Part shown: positions 13,810 to 26,696 of the stretch, piece after piece
Numbering within the stretch: the stretch's first letter is position 1
How the letters are laid out: each line of letters begins with the position of its first letter
Origin: Eledone cirrhosa
Taxonomy: Eukaryota
Length of the DNA stretch: 64,000 bases
Reading direction: 5' to 3'
Assembly: GCA_964016885.1 (NCBI GenBank)
Contig: OZ024740.1
Coordinates: 124,682,001-124,746,000, forward strand
Notes under the pieces: generated by a model
Databases searched by the model: none
What the model was told of the DNA's origin: nothing
Seen by the model: only the letters and a program-made list of their open reading frames with translations
Position numbers and translations under genes: made by a program

Positions 13810-15486
13810 ATGACAAACAGAAAAATAACATTTGAAAACAACATAATAACAGAAAGCAAAGCAGACGACAAAATCAACACCAATAATATTTCATTTGCAC
13901 AAACAACAAAGAAATCTTTGACATATATACCTGAAAATATTTCAGATGTGGCACAAAGAATTACAGACGCCAAACAATATATAACTGAAGGAGAAAATGG
14001 TATTTTATCGGTAAAAATGCCTCAAGAACTCACCAAAGACATTGAAAGTCGAACGGTCGTTTTCCGCACCATCAACAACATTTCTAAAAAACCTGAACAG
14101 CCAACTCAAACAGAAATCAAAACAGTACTTACAGAAGTGCTTAATGAAACCACTTTCATAAGAAAAGACAGACTGTATGGAAGCCTAGCGATTATTATGA
14201 AGAACGAATCGGCGGCAAAAAAATGTGCTTTGTCACCGATTCGTTCAAAAAATTTTACCTTTTATCCATCTTATATGGGTAAAAGAACTCAACGCATATG
14301 GCTGGATGCAATGATGCCAGATGTGGACTACTGCTGGCTCATAGCTGGCTTCATCGATCCAGCAAATGACAACGTGATTTCCATTGGGAAAACCACAGAC
14401 AATGCGTTCAGTGGAACAGGTATAGAACTTGTAGTGCAAATGAAGCCTGAACGCATCGCCCAAATACCCGACAGAATCCTATTAGAGGGCCACGGATATA
14501 TAAACATTAGCGTGGAGGGGAGAAGGCCGTCCTGTCATATCTGTGTAGGCAGAGGGCACCTGAAGGCGGCTTGTCCCCAACTCAACAAAAAGAAAACCCT
14601 GCTACCAACACCAGCTCCACCACCACCACCACCACCACAACAGATAAACAAACAACAAAACTCAGTCCCACCCAACCCGTCCCTCAGTAAAACTACACCA
14701 CCACCACAACACAAACAGTCACAACACATTACCCCAAAACAAAATACAGGCCCACCCAACCCCTCACTCAATAAAACAACACAACCACCGCAGCCACAAC
14801 ACACAACACAGTCTAACATAGTGACATCCATCTCCCCCACAAAGAAAACCAACACGGAAACATTACCAGCAAACATACCTCTTCCCTCCAACACCGAAGA
14901 TAACCCAACGAATTCGGAGGAAGAAACGGAGTCCTTCAGACAGATTAAAAGGAAAAAAAGAAAACATGTGCAAAACACACAAAGCCAAACAACCCCCACC
15001 CAAATGTCAACACAATCCAACAAAACACAAAACACCCCTCCAGCAACAAACAAAACCAAACCTGCCCCTCCCCTCTTCGAAACACTCACACCATCAGAAA
15101 AAAAGACATTACACTATACTTACATCAGCAGAAACAATAATAAATTAAATGAACTCATAAACAATAATCCTTCGGTACAAACCGAAGGTGTAAACTTTGT
15201 TTCTTCAGAAAACTACCCACATTTAAAATTAATAAAGATCCCAATGAACCTCTACCAAAAACTAAAAAAGGATGTTAAGTAGGACGTAGGACCACCCTCT
15301 GTCAAACCCATAAACCGCGTCCTACTAAAAAGCTTTCCCCCTCCCCTTCCCCTCCCCAACACAACTCCAAACACCCCAACCCCACCACACACTGACGACC
15401 CCACACCACCACAAGACACCCCTTCACCCAACACCCCCGACCCCATGGAAGTCGTGCGACCCGAACCCCGGGAAGCAGAAAGGTAG
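13810..15486 (+). pseudogene. Tx1 ORF1 (gag-like, CCHC zinc knuckle) with one probable premature stop at 15280
   Basis: CHICVGRGHLKAAC = CX2CX4HX4C; Pro/Thr/Gln-rich tail; frame stays open 67 codons past TAG 15280-15282; first in-frame ATG at 13810. Confidence 0.8.
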
Positions 15487-15519
15487 GTCTCTACACTCTC
15501 CTTTGGCTCTGCCGCCCAC

Positions 15520-18500
15520 ATGGATGTGTTAAGAGTAGGATGTTTGAATGCACGTGGCCTTGGCTCAACTTGGAAGCAAGCAAAGCTTCTAAATGACCTC
15601 AGGTCATGTGGTATAATTGTAATGGTTATCTGTGAGACTCGGATCAGCGTCGTGCGGCAGCTGGACCCTACCTTCGATGACTTTGAGGTGCATGCATCTC
15701 TCTGTCAACCTGGAGGTGGGGGTGGGGTTGTCGTACTGCTGCAAAAAAACACCTGGGTCTTGCCGTACAGGTTGTTCACTCGGACCCGGAGGGTCGTTTG
15801 TTGGTGCTAGACGTTGGCAGTAGTGAAGGTGCGGCCTTGAGACTGGTCGCCGTCTACTCCCCTTTCGGAGCTGAACGGCCCGACTTCTTCCAGCGTTTGG
15901 AGACTTTTCTGGGAACGTCGCGTTCCCTGCTTCTAGCGGGGGATTGGAATGACATCCTAGATGCACGTTGGGACTATGCAGGAGCATGTCCTGATAGAGG
16001 TTACTCGACCGTTTTAACTTGGTCGATAGATATCGACTAGATTTTCCAACTGTGCCTACCTGGACTTGGAGAAACCACAGTGGTCAATCTCGATCGTACT
16101 TAGATAGATTCTTAGTTAGAAGTAAGGATAGGGACATATTAAGCTGTCCAGAAATGCGCACGGTTGGCTATACGGATCACAAATTAGTGACCTGCGTAGT
16201 CAATCTCGAGAAAACACATAAACAGGGTCCCGGTTACTGGAAACTTAATTTGTCTTTACCGGCAAAAGAGACTTACAGAAATCGGATTAGCAGATTAGTT
16301 AAGGAGAGGTTGATGGGTGCAATCGTCAACAACCGATGGTGGGCATCTCTCAAAAGAGAGATTAGAACAGAATCAATAAGTTATAGCAAGATGTTAGCTG
16401 CCGATAGGAATAGAAACGAGAAAGAATTAACAGGTAAATTAGAAGAGGCAATCAAGAGCGAAGATGTGGCCAGAGTGCTGGCATCGAGGACGGCCTTGAA
16501 CCAGTTTTTCGATGCAAAGCACGAAGGCTGCATCATTCGAAGTAAAATACGTGCTCTAGGTAATGAGGGGGCCAAAGCCGTTGGCTGGGCCCGCGTGACA
16601 GAAGCTAAGAGTGGAAATCGATCCACCATTCGGTCGTTGCAAGACGAGGATGGACGGGTGATCCGGGAGCCTAAGCAGATGTGCGAGGCCTTTCAAAGGC
16701 ACTTTGCCCGATTATTCGGGGGAGGCGAGGGTCCGGGCGAGGACGTGGATTTCGGTCCATACCTCGACGGCCTGCCGCGTCTCTCGAGCGAAGAGGCAGA
16801 GTCCTGCGAGGGACCAATCTCGGCTGATGAGATCGGAGATGCGCTGAGCCAATGCAGCAAACGCAAATTTCCAGGTCTCGATGGTATACCTTACGAACTT
16901 TATTTAGCAATGCCGGTCTTCTTCTCCGAACTCCTCGAAGCGGTCTACTGCAATTGGCAGCAGAACGGGAGAATTCCTTGTTCTGTAGCCAAGGGCGTAG
17001 TCTCGCTGGTGAGGAAGGACGAGAACAAGGGGGATAGTATAAATAATTTTCGGCCCATAACCCTGCTAAACACAGAGTTAAAGATTTTGGCCAAGGTGTT
17101 AGCAAAGAGGTTAGCGCTTGTCATGGGTAGCCTGGTGGGAGATGCGCAGACATGTGCTATCCCATCCAGGTCCATTCACGATAACCTCCACCTCATGCGA
17201 TACATCATAGAGAGGGTTGGCAACAAACCCGGCTTCGGTGGGGCCCTGATCAACGTGGATCAGTCTAAGGCCTTCGATAGGGTCGACCATGGTTACCTGG
17301 ATGCGGTGCTAGCGGCGGCTGGGTTCGGTCCTGTTTTCAGAGGCTGGATCACTGCCTTACATAGCAAACACATCTGATCTAGGATCAAGGTGAACGGCTA
17401 CCTTTCGAAGCCATTCGAAATCACACGATCCATTCGACAGGGGTGCCCTCTCTCCTCCCTTCTGTACGTATTGACTCTCGAGCCTTTACTGAGGAAGTTA
17501 GAGTTGTTTCAGGGTATCCCCCTGGAACCAGGATTGAGCAAAGCGGTGTCGGCCTACGCCGATGACGTAACAGTAATGGTATCGACCGACTCGGAGATCG
17601 AGGCGATCGGTACCTTACTGGAGGATTACGAAAGGTTGTCAGGAGCGAAACTGAACCGGGAAAAATCCATCGGGCTGCAACTCGGAACGTGGAGAGGCAG
17701 ACCGATGCCTCCCGACGGTGTCGCCGGTAAAGTTGCTTGGGATCTGGTTTGGACCGGACCTCCAGGTGGAAAAGAACTGGGACGAGGTTACGATCAAGGT
17801 GTTTGCACTAACCCAGAAATGGGCCAAGTGTAAGCTGTCCCTAAAAGGCCGGGCGGAGGTGGCGAACCTTTACATAGCGTCCGTCACTTACTACCGCCTG
17901 ACTGTCGTGCCTTGCCCTAAGGAAACACTCACCACCATGGAACGCATGCTCTTCCAATTTCTTTGGAAGAAGCGCCCTCCTATGGTGAGAAGATCCATCT
18001 GCTGCCAACAACCTTCGAAAGGAGGGCTGGGGATGCCGTGGTTGATGATGCGTAGGCACGCATTAAGGCTACGGCACCTACAAGTATTCCTCACTGGTCA
18101 ACCAGTGTGGGCTCCGTTCGTGAAACGAGCCTTTCCGAGACTCGTCTCGCTCACCGAGCTGCAGTCCTGGGTCAAGCAAAGATCCGGAAAACTGGGAGAC
18201 TGGCACACTGAGTGTGCTCAGGCGCTCAGGGCTCTCTGGCAAGCGGGCCAGGCCATCGGTGGAGAATCCACCTCATCATTCTATAGAGGGTTGGTGGCTA
18301 GCAGGGGCGATGACACCCTTGGAGAGTCGCTGGACATGGAAGAGGACGAACTGGTCAGCCTGTTCGGTAGGACTTTCGGCCCGGGTCCAATGGACAACTT
18401 CCAGAAGTCACTAGCCTGGCAGTGCTACCGGGGGGCTCTACCCGTTCGAGAGAGGCTCTACAGACACGGGCGCCCAGGCAGGGATCCCTCGAAAAAGATT

Positions 18501-18917
18501 TGCCCTAGATGCGTGCGTCACGAAGAAACCGTTGCGCACGCATTGGTGCAATGTCCGGGCATGGCTGATCTGTGGGGCTACGCCGAACGACTGCTGTCGC
18601 GGGTGGCGCCGATTCGATTGACCGCCGAGTCCGTGATGACAATCAAACCGCCTCCCCTCTTCACAAAGGAAGCAAAGGCGGTTTTTCTGTGCGTAATAGC
18701 CATGTTGAAAGAGGTTGTTTGGTGGACACGATTGAAAGGTCTGAGGTCAGGCAACTTCCTCTCTGGCCATAGTCTGGTCTACTTCTTCCGATATCACTTC
18801 GGAAGAAGGATAAGAATGGAGAGAGAGGTGCTTGGCCACAGCCAGTTTTATGAAAGGTGGGTGATAGTGGCGAGAATGGCTCGTGTAAATGGGCCTTCTC
18901 TGTATACCATCCTGTAG
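15520..18917 (+). pseudogene. Tx1 ORF2 (APE + RT + zf-RVT) with about four frameshifts
   Basis: CLNARGL, ICETR, GDWN, YLDRF, TDHK, GYWKLN, RQGCPLS, AYADD, CPRC..HALVQC; frame breaks near 15750, 16015, 17372 and 17725. Confidence 0.93.
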
Positions 18918-19597
18918 GTAAAGAAGTGAAGGAGAGGGGAGCACCTTCTCCATGTGCTCCCCGGGCAAAGGATTGCACACTTTTTCGGGGGTGTGTGCAA
19001 CCCCCATCACGTCCCCTCCCTTTTGAGGTTGTTTTCGATTATTTTCATTTTATACCCTTTTTACTCGATTGTATGTAAACTCCCCCTTTGTGTTTGTCCC
19101 TTCTTTTTATGCCTTTATGGTAAATAAAGAAATATATCTTTGAGCAAGAACAAAAATGCGCAAATGCAAGAACAACAAAGCACAAATCGCAATGGCAATC
19201 TGACAGTACATAGCTAGTTATATAATTATGTATGCAGATAGTTATTGAGGTAAATAGGTAGAAAGGTAGATTGTCAACGAGATAAATAGATATCTTTCTT
19301 TATAGATAGATAAATATGTATACAGGTTAATTATGTAGGTAGGTACGTAGATAGTTACATAGGTAGGAATAAGTCATCAGAATTTAGTCAATATATTTCA
19401 TCATTTTTAAAGAAAAGAAAATTATTGTAATTGATTTGAATGAATGTGCATTGAAATAAAGCGATGGTCTGATTGAAAGAGGTCAAGAAAAGGTGGAGGT
19501 TTCAAATATCTATACATGTTGCAAGCAAGGAATTATTAAATTATATATGTGCTTACTATTAATACTGATATTTTGACAGGTGCTATGGTGATATGTA

Positions 19598-20458
<861 letters not shown>

Positions 20459-20629
20459 TAACAGATTAAAGTTTAAACAAAGAATCGCTGCTTTCACCCT
20501 TAACGAGATCTTATATATATATCGAGGACGGTCGACTGAGGTAGAAGCTGGTAAATAGTCGGCCGTCCTCTTGTCTCTGATTTCCAGCCCCATGGATTTT
20601 ATCTGTTATATTCCTTTGTTATATTTTGA

Positions 20630-20687
20630 ATACCTGATGATGTCACCGGATCCATACTGAATCCGTTCATTGAAATGATGATAGTAT
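20630..20687 (+). ncRNA. Minimal type I hammerhead motif (Penelope-type)
   Basis: ATAC-CTGATGA-[imperfect stem II, CGGAT/ATCCG]-GAAA-T-GATG-ATA-GTAT inside a TA-flanked insert (20522-20737). Confidence 0.7.
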
Positions 20688-20743
20688 AATAAACCTTTCA
20701 AGGATTTACACCAGTCCAGTCTCCTGTTATTTTATAATATGTA

Positions 20744-20833
<90 letters not shown>

Positions 20834-20848
20834 TGTGTGTGTGTGTAT

Positions 20849-21110
20849 ACGTGGAGAATTAAAATACAGGAGAACAGACCGTTAAGACGTACGTAGGTGC
20901 TATTTTAAATAAACATCTTTTAACAGTCTGTTCTCCTGTATTTTGCTTCTCCACGTGCATACGCTCTGCTAATTCTCTCGCCCACTAGATATTAACACTT
21001 CTAATATTTAACACTGCCAGCACTAGTATTGAGCACCCTATGCATACGCTATTTGGCAAATAGCTACATGTATCACCTATCCCTCATTTTCTCTCTCTTG
21101 ATACGACGTA

Positions 21111-21113
<3 letters not shown>
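20849..21113 (+). repeat. Short foldback (37-bp arms) with one-sided tail, in microsatellite
   Basis: 20849-20885 vs 20920-20956 inverted; unique tail to ~21113, then (TA)n. Confidence 0.75.
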
Positions 21114-21206
<93 letters not shown>

Positions 21207-21250
21207 AAGTTAAATAAAAGTCAAATGATTAAAATTTAGCTTCGTTTATT

Positions 21251-21305
21251 ACTGCTATATATATTTCAGTGACAGCCATCTTTGGCTGTGACCTCTTCAG
21301 GCAGT
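21251..21305 (-). ncRNA. Minimal type I hammerhead ribozyme (inverted copy)
   Basis: Reverse complement of 21386-21440. Confidence 0.82.
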
Positions 21306-21385
21306 TTGAATTAGTATGGTATAGACAAGTACATATGTCATACACCTAAACAACATATGTACTTGTCTATACCATACTAATTCAA

Positions 21386-21440
21386 ACTGCCTGAAGAGGT
21401 CACAGCCAAAGATGGCTGTCACTGAAATATATATAGCAGT
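21386..21440 (+). ncRNA. Minimal type I hammerhead ribozyme
   Basis: ACTGC-CTGAAGA-GGTCACAGCCA-AAGA-TGGCTGTCACT-GAAA-T-ATAT-ATA-GCAGT; palindromic stem III loop, AUA triplet. Confidence 0.85.
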
Positions 21441-21628
21441 AATAAACGAAGCTAAATTTTAATCATTTGACTTTTATTTAACTTTATTTTTCACTACTCC
21501 GGAGTAACCAAACCAACCTGCGCACTTCGTCGAGTGCTCCAGCCTGCATACTGAGGTGTTGGTATACAACCAACATAAACTCAAAATCTCTCTCTCTCTA
21601 TATATATATATATATAAATATATATATA

Positions 21629-21989
21629 GGGAGTGTAGCTTGGAGTTACCGTAGGTTCACCCGGGTGAGCACTCGATGTTTAGGTTCATTTCTGTGTTGA
21701 GCTGTAATATATTGAAAGGATAGCAAGGACGATTGGTTACTCCTTCATTACATTTATTGGTAGGAGACGCGCTTTTCGCCACTGATCAGCTCAAGGTTCG
21801 ATCTGTATCGATCTTACCCGACTCAATAATCGGTAGCTCGACGGACCATTTTAAAGGGTCCGTCGAGCTGCCGATTATTGAGTCGGGTAAGATCGATACA
21901 GATCGAAACTAGAGCTTATCATTGGCGAACCGCACATCACCTACCAATAAAAGCAATGAAGGAGTTACCAATCGTCCTTGTTATCCTTT

Positions 21990-21997
<8 letters not shown>
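21629..21997 (-). repeat. Foldback (~141-bp arms) plus ~78-nt tail in (TA)n
   Basis: 21707-21847 vs 21857-21997; arm consensus includes GGCGAAACGCGCGTC, like an HHR 3' half. Confidence 0.85.
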
Positions 21998-22028
<31 letters not shown>

Positions 22029-22031
<3 letters not shown>

Positions 22032-22684
22032 ATAGTAATAAATTTGAAGACTAAAATCCAAAGAGGGCTCGATAAGGATAAATATATATCAAATGTATAA
22101 GAACCGTAGAGCAAATATTTATTAAAATAACAGATTAAAGTTTAAGCAAAGAATCGCTACTTTCACCCTTAACAGGAACTTCTGAAACTAACAAAGTCAA
22201 TCTGTGATCGCAGAAGTGAATATTTCAAATTACGTTGCATCCGGAGAAAGACAAGAAGACGATACTTTGGTTAGTGGAAACGTTCCCTGGCAAAGAACGG
22301 GTAAAAACGAATATAATACGTCATTACTTGGAGCGGTGAAAAACAAAGAATGACGTATAATCTTCGTTTTTTCCGTTCATTGCCAGAGAACGTCTCTATG
22401 AACCACCTAATAGAATATTAGTCTACGACTTCTTTTATACCATAAACGTGGTATGTCTTTGCGTGTAATTGTTTTTCACCGCTCCAAATAATGACGTATT
22501 ATATTCATTTTTTCCCGTTCTTTGCTAGGGAACGTTTCCACGAACCAAAGAATCGTCTTCCTGTCTTCCTCCGGTTGCAACGTTTTTTGAAATATTCACT
22601 TCTGCGTTCACAGATTGATTTTGTTAATTTCAGAAGATCCCATTAAGGGTGAAAGCAGCGATTCTTTGCTTAAACTTTAATCTG

Positions 22685-22688
<4 letters not shown>
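22029..22688 (-). repeat. Foldback (220-bp diverged arms, 122-bp spacer) plus ~98-nt tail in (TA)n
   Basis: 22127-22346 vs 22469-22688; spacer holds a third partial arm copy (22349-22405); the arm end recurs at 20453-20510. Confidence 0.85.
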
Positions 22689-22746
<58 letters not shown>

Positions 22747-22761
22747 CCATATATATATGGT

Positions 22762-23060
22762 ATTATTAATATTCTTTGTATAATATGCTTGATATATTGA
22801 CTTTAAGTAAAACTCTCTTCATAATACTTTTCAATATTTTACTATCTTTTCATTGTAATATTATTTTGTACTTCTTGCTCTCCAATATGATGTCACTAAC
22901 ACTAATTATAATGTATCTTAATGAAGGTTCTAAAGATTAGGAATTTGATTACTTGTTTAACCATTATATATGCTTCGATGAATCCAGATATTTGTCTGGA
23001 AGAAACAATCGTCAGCAATTAAACGATCATCAGCATGAAAAAAATGTGATTGTTTTCTAT

Positions 23061-23096
<36 letters not shown>

Positions 23097-23150
23097 ATTG
23101 TAGTAAGGTTGCTTGGATGTGTCCATAGGCGGTATGCCGGTTGAGCACTC
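22762..23150 (+). repeat. Left arm of ~385-bp long-range inverted repeat (partner 26142-26523)
   Basis: Collinear reverse-complement similarity including the internal TA tract; degenerate HHR at 22971-23017. Confidence 0.85.
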
Positions 23151-23384
23151 AGGGAGACGACACAAGTCCATGGGATCTGACATCGTACCTTTGATTACCA
23201 TGTATATCGTATGGAACATGTAGGCACACCCAATGTTAAATATTTGGATCTGTACTTTATCTTAAAAATCGCCGTCGCAACAGCCCTGATACGGCAGTTT
23301 AATTTCTATTGGTATACTCAATCCTGTCTCACCCGTCACTAATGCACTCCGTTTCATCCACAGTACCCTACTCCATTACATGCG

Positions 23385-23892
23385 TTTTTTGCGTATCCTT
23401 TCTATGTATTTTTTATGTATTTTCTTTACCTATTTCTTTATGTAATTTTTTATGTGTTTTTTAACGTAATTTCTAAGTTTATTTTTTGCATTGTTTTTAT
23501 GAACTTTCCATATTAAATTTTTTTATATTTGTTTTTTTATGTGGATTAATTCATGTTAATATCCTAAGCCACCTTACTTAAGGTGTATATGAATGTGTGT
23601 CTATATATATGTGTATCCTGCCACGTGAGACTTTGCGTGTGGATTTTGCGGATTCTTTTTATATATATTTTTCTTTGTATTTTTTACGTATTTCTTTACG
23701 TAATTTTTCATGTATTTCTTGATGTACATCCTCATATTTATTTTTTAATGTACTTTCTGTGTACTTTTTGTAGATTTCCTTTATGAGCTTTTCATATGTA
23801 ATTTGTTTATATGTGTTTTTTATGCTGATTATTTCATGTTAACACCGTAAGCCACCTTACACGAGGTGTATATGAATGTGTTTCTGTATATA
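23385..23892. repeat. Diverged T-rich tandem duplication (~260-285 bp unit)
   Basis: TTCATGTTAA..TAAGC.ACCTTAC..AGGTGTATATGAATGTG occurs near 23550-23600 and 23834-23881. Confidence 0.65.
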
Positions 23893-24145
23893 CTTATATA
23901 CTGCTATATTTCTGTGTGGGCGCCTGTAGGCGTATGAGAGTGGCTATAAGTGTGCGCAAATGTGCCTCTCTGCGTGTACGTCTGTGGGTTGTGTGGATGC
24001 ACGGATGTATGCAGGTATGTACACCTAAACCTGTGCAAGAATGCTTGTAAGGACATATATACACACACACGCACAACTGCGAGTGTCTGTAATTATATAT
24101 GTGTGTGCGTCTGTGTCTATGTCCGTGAGTGTGTACATATGTATA

Positions 24146-24998
24146 TCACCTTGATCACTTTAACTGACCAGTCTGGCGGGCGTCCATCGGCACCGCTGGT
24201 CACAGCACGCCATCCATTCCTCTCTGTATCGTGCTTTCCCCATCCACGTAGTGCCAATCATATTCCTAAAATCGTAACTCCACCTTCGTGGAGGCCTTTC
24301 GAGAGGTCGTTTCTGCTCGCGCGGGTACCACTCGCCAACTGCGCGGGTCCACCGATTATCGGTGAACCGGGCGACGTGTCCAGCCCATCTGAACTTGCTG
24401 CGCATATATTCCGTGTTGACGTCTCTCACGCCGGACTTCTGTCTGATGACTTCGCTCCTGATGTGCTCTCTCAACGAGATTCCTAGCATTGATCTCTCCA
24501 TGGTTCTTTGAGACGTTACCAGCCTCTGCTCTTCTCCCTTCGTTGTAGCCCCAGTTCCACTGCCATATAACTGGAAAGGCGGTGTCAACATCAACGGCGA
24601 GATACTTACCCACCTCCGTTTCGCTGATGACATCGTACTCATCGCTGAAACCACGGATCAGCTTCAGACTATGCTGACGGAGCTCGACATCAAAAGCTCT
24701 GCAGCAGGCCTCAAGATGAACCGCATGAAAACGAAGTTGATACGGTCCGACAACGTACCAACTGGTCGAATGGAGGTTGGCGGTGATGAAATAGAGGAGG
24801 TGGAGGAATACATCTACCTATGACAAGAAGTGAACATGCGTCGAGACATTGAGAGGGAGATCTCGCGGAGAGTAAGGGCCGAATGGAAGGCGTTCGACGG
24901 CATAAGGGATGTGCTCAAAGGGAGGTTGGACAAGACCACCCGCACCAACCTCTTCAATAGCACAGTCTTTCCTGCAATGTTATATGGCAATGAAACAT
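24146..24998 (-). mobile_element. RTE-1-like LINE 3' fragment with 5' inversion
   Basis: Minus 24146-24570 encodes the C-terminus (RWAGHVARFTDNRWT); plus 24566-24998 encodes the upstream part (LTHLRFADDIVLIA...MLYGNET). Confidence 0.88.
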
Positions 24999-25027
24999 AT
25001 GTATATATGGGTGCATATATGTATGTA

Positions 25028-25069
<42 letters not shown>

Positions 25070-25074
<5 letters not shown>

Positions 25075-25127
25075 GTAAGTATGTATGTACACGTACATAC
25101 ATATGTGTATACAGACGTACAGTAGCA

Positions 25128-25189
<62 letters not shown>

Positions 25190-25442
25190 CACATACAGGT
25201 ACACATATATATATGTACGTATCAGTTTAGCGAACGTTTATTATAACGCCCGCTTTGTCCGTTTGTAAACAAGCGAACAGCCTGATTTATGCCATACGGT
25301 GTTAAGGCAACCACGTCACCTTTTTTTGCCTTAACACCGTATGGCATAAATCAGGCTGTTCGCTTGTTTACAAACGGACAAAGCGGGCGTTATAATAAAC
25401 GTTCGCTAAACTGATACGTACATATATATATGTGTACCTGTA

Positions 25443-25475
<33 letters not shown>

Positions 25476-25555
25476 GCATGCTACTGTACGTCTGTATACA
25501 TACTTACATTTAAGTAAGTGCCATACTAAGAGTGAGAAATGAAATTTCGTTTCAT
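25070..25555. mobile_element. Family A foldback insertion, truncated before the HHR
   Basis: Arms 25070-25310 and 25326-25555, loop 25311-25325; same subfamily as 1-235; flanked by (TA)n. Confidence 0.88.
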
Positions 25556-25635
25556 TATATTACAACTTATATATATATATATATATATATATATGGGTAG
25601 GCTTGGATCTGTGTACGCGCTGGTATAAGTATGTG

Positions 25636-25671
<36 letters not shown>

Positions 25672-26141
25672 CGCATATGTCTGGGTCCGTGTATGTGCAC
25701 ATGTGTGTGTATATCTGTGTATGCATGTACCTATATATGAGGGTGTGAATATATGTATGTGTACGTGTATGCACACCTGTGTGTGCGTACATTCTGGCGA
25801 CAGAATTAAGGTGAGTGATGCTCGCGCCTGAATGGAAATAGACAGTGGGCAGTTTTGAATAGTCAAACATACAGATGACGACCAATGGATGTGCCGCACA
25901 AACAGGATGATGACAGATGAAGGGAATTTAAACGTACAGAATACATCAGACAGAAGATTTGCTTCAAAGTCGCTAGACATATCTGAGGAACTTGAGAATC
26001 CAGAGTCAGGTTCAATCCACAAATAGATCGTGCCTCGAGCTGTTCGCCGGAGAAACAATTGTAATATGTTAATTAATTGTGTTTCGATGTATCACTCATT
26101 CTTTGTTTTCCATATTATTGTGCTCTGCTCTGAAGGAGCAT

Positions 26142-26523
26142 AGGGTGTTCAACCGGTACACCACCTATGGACGCATCCAAGCAACAATTATATATATACA
26201 TATATATCTATATATACAATATAGAAAACAATCAAATTTTTGTTTAATGCTGACGATCGTTTAATTGCTGGCGATCGTTTCTTCCAGACAAATGTCTGGA
26301 ATCAACAAAGCATATACTATGTTTAAACAAGTAATTAAATTCCTAATCTTTAGAACCTTCATTAAGATACATTATAATTAATAGTATCAGTGACATCATA
26401 TTGAAGAGCAAGAAGAACAAATTAATATTACAATGAAAAGATAGTAAAAAATTGAAAAGTATTATAAAGAGAGTATTACTTTGTATAATATATCAAGCAT
26501 ATTATACAAAGAATATTAATAAT
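26142..26523 (-). repeat. Right arm of long-range inverted repeat
   Basis: Reverse complement of 22762-23150; degenerate HHR at 26266-26312. Confidence 0.85.
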
Positions 26524-26696
26524 TGTTTCTACTTTTGGCACAAGGCCAGCAATTACCCAGTGCATTACTGGTACTTTTATCGACCCCGGAAGGATGAAAG
26601 GCAAAGTTCACCTCGGCGGGATTTGAACTCAGATCATACAGGGAGGTAACACTATGCTTCAAAGCATGGCATCGACCCTCTACCGATACTGCCAAT
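26521..26696 (-). mobile_element. tRNA-derived SINE (Nin/Deu-like domain)
   Basis: A box TGGCAGTATCGG, B box GAGTTCAAATCC, GCCTTTCATCCTTCCGGGGTCGATAAAA; domain name from recall. Confidence 0.8.

Larger units (their letters stand above)
13329..19134 (+). mobile_element. Full-length L1/Tx1 element 3 (5.8 kb) with 18-bp TSD
   Basis: TATCTTTGAGCAAGAACA at 13311-13328 and 19135-19152; 5'UTR, ORF1, ORF2 and a 3'UTR ending AATAAAGAAATA. Confidence 0.93.
21201..21587 (+). mobile_element. Perfect foldback (138-bp arms, 14-nt loop) plus ~97-nt tail in (TA)n; inverted pLTR-like
   Basis: 21201-21338 vs 21353-21490; each arm carries an HHR. Confidence 0.9.

Noticed and set aside
14535-15089. Antisense ORFs over the Tx1, RTE and PLE coding regions
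   Set aside because: They are shadow frames with no recognisable motifs.
22618-22668. CAGAAGA-TCCC..GGGT-GAAA in the 220-bp foldback arm as a hammerhead
   Set aside because: Both arms have CAG instead of CTG, and no NUH triplet or stem I fits.
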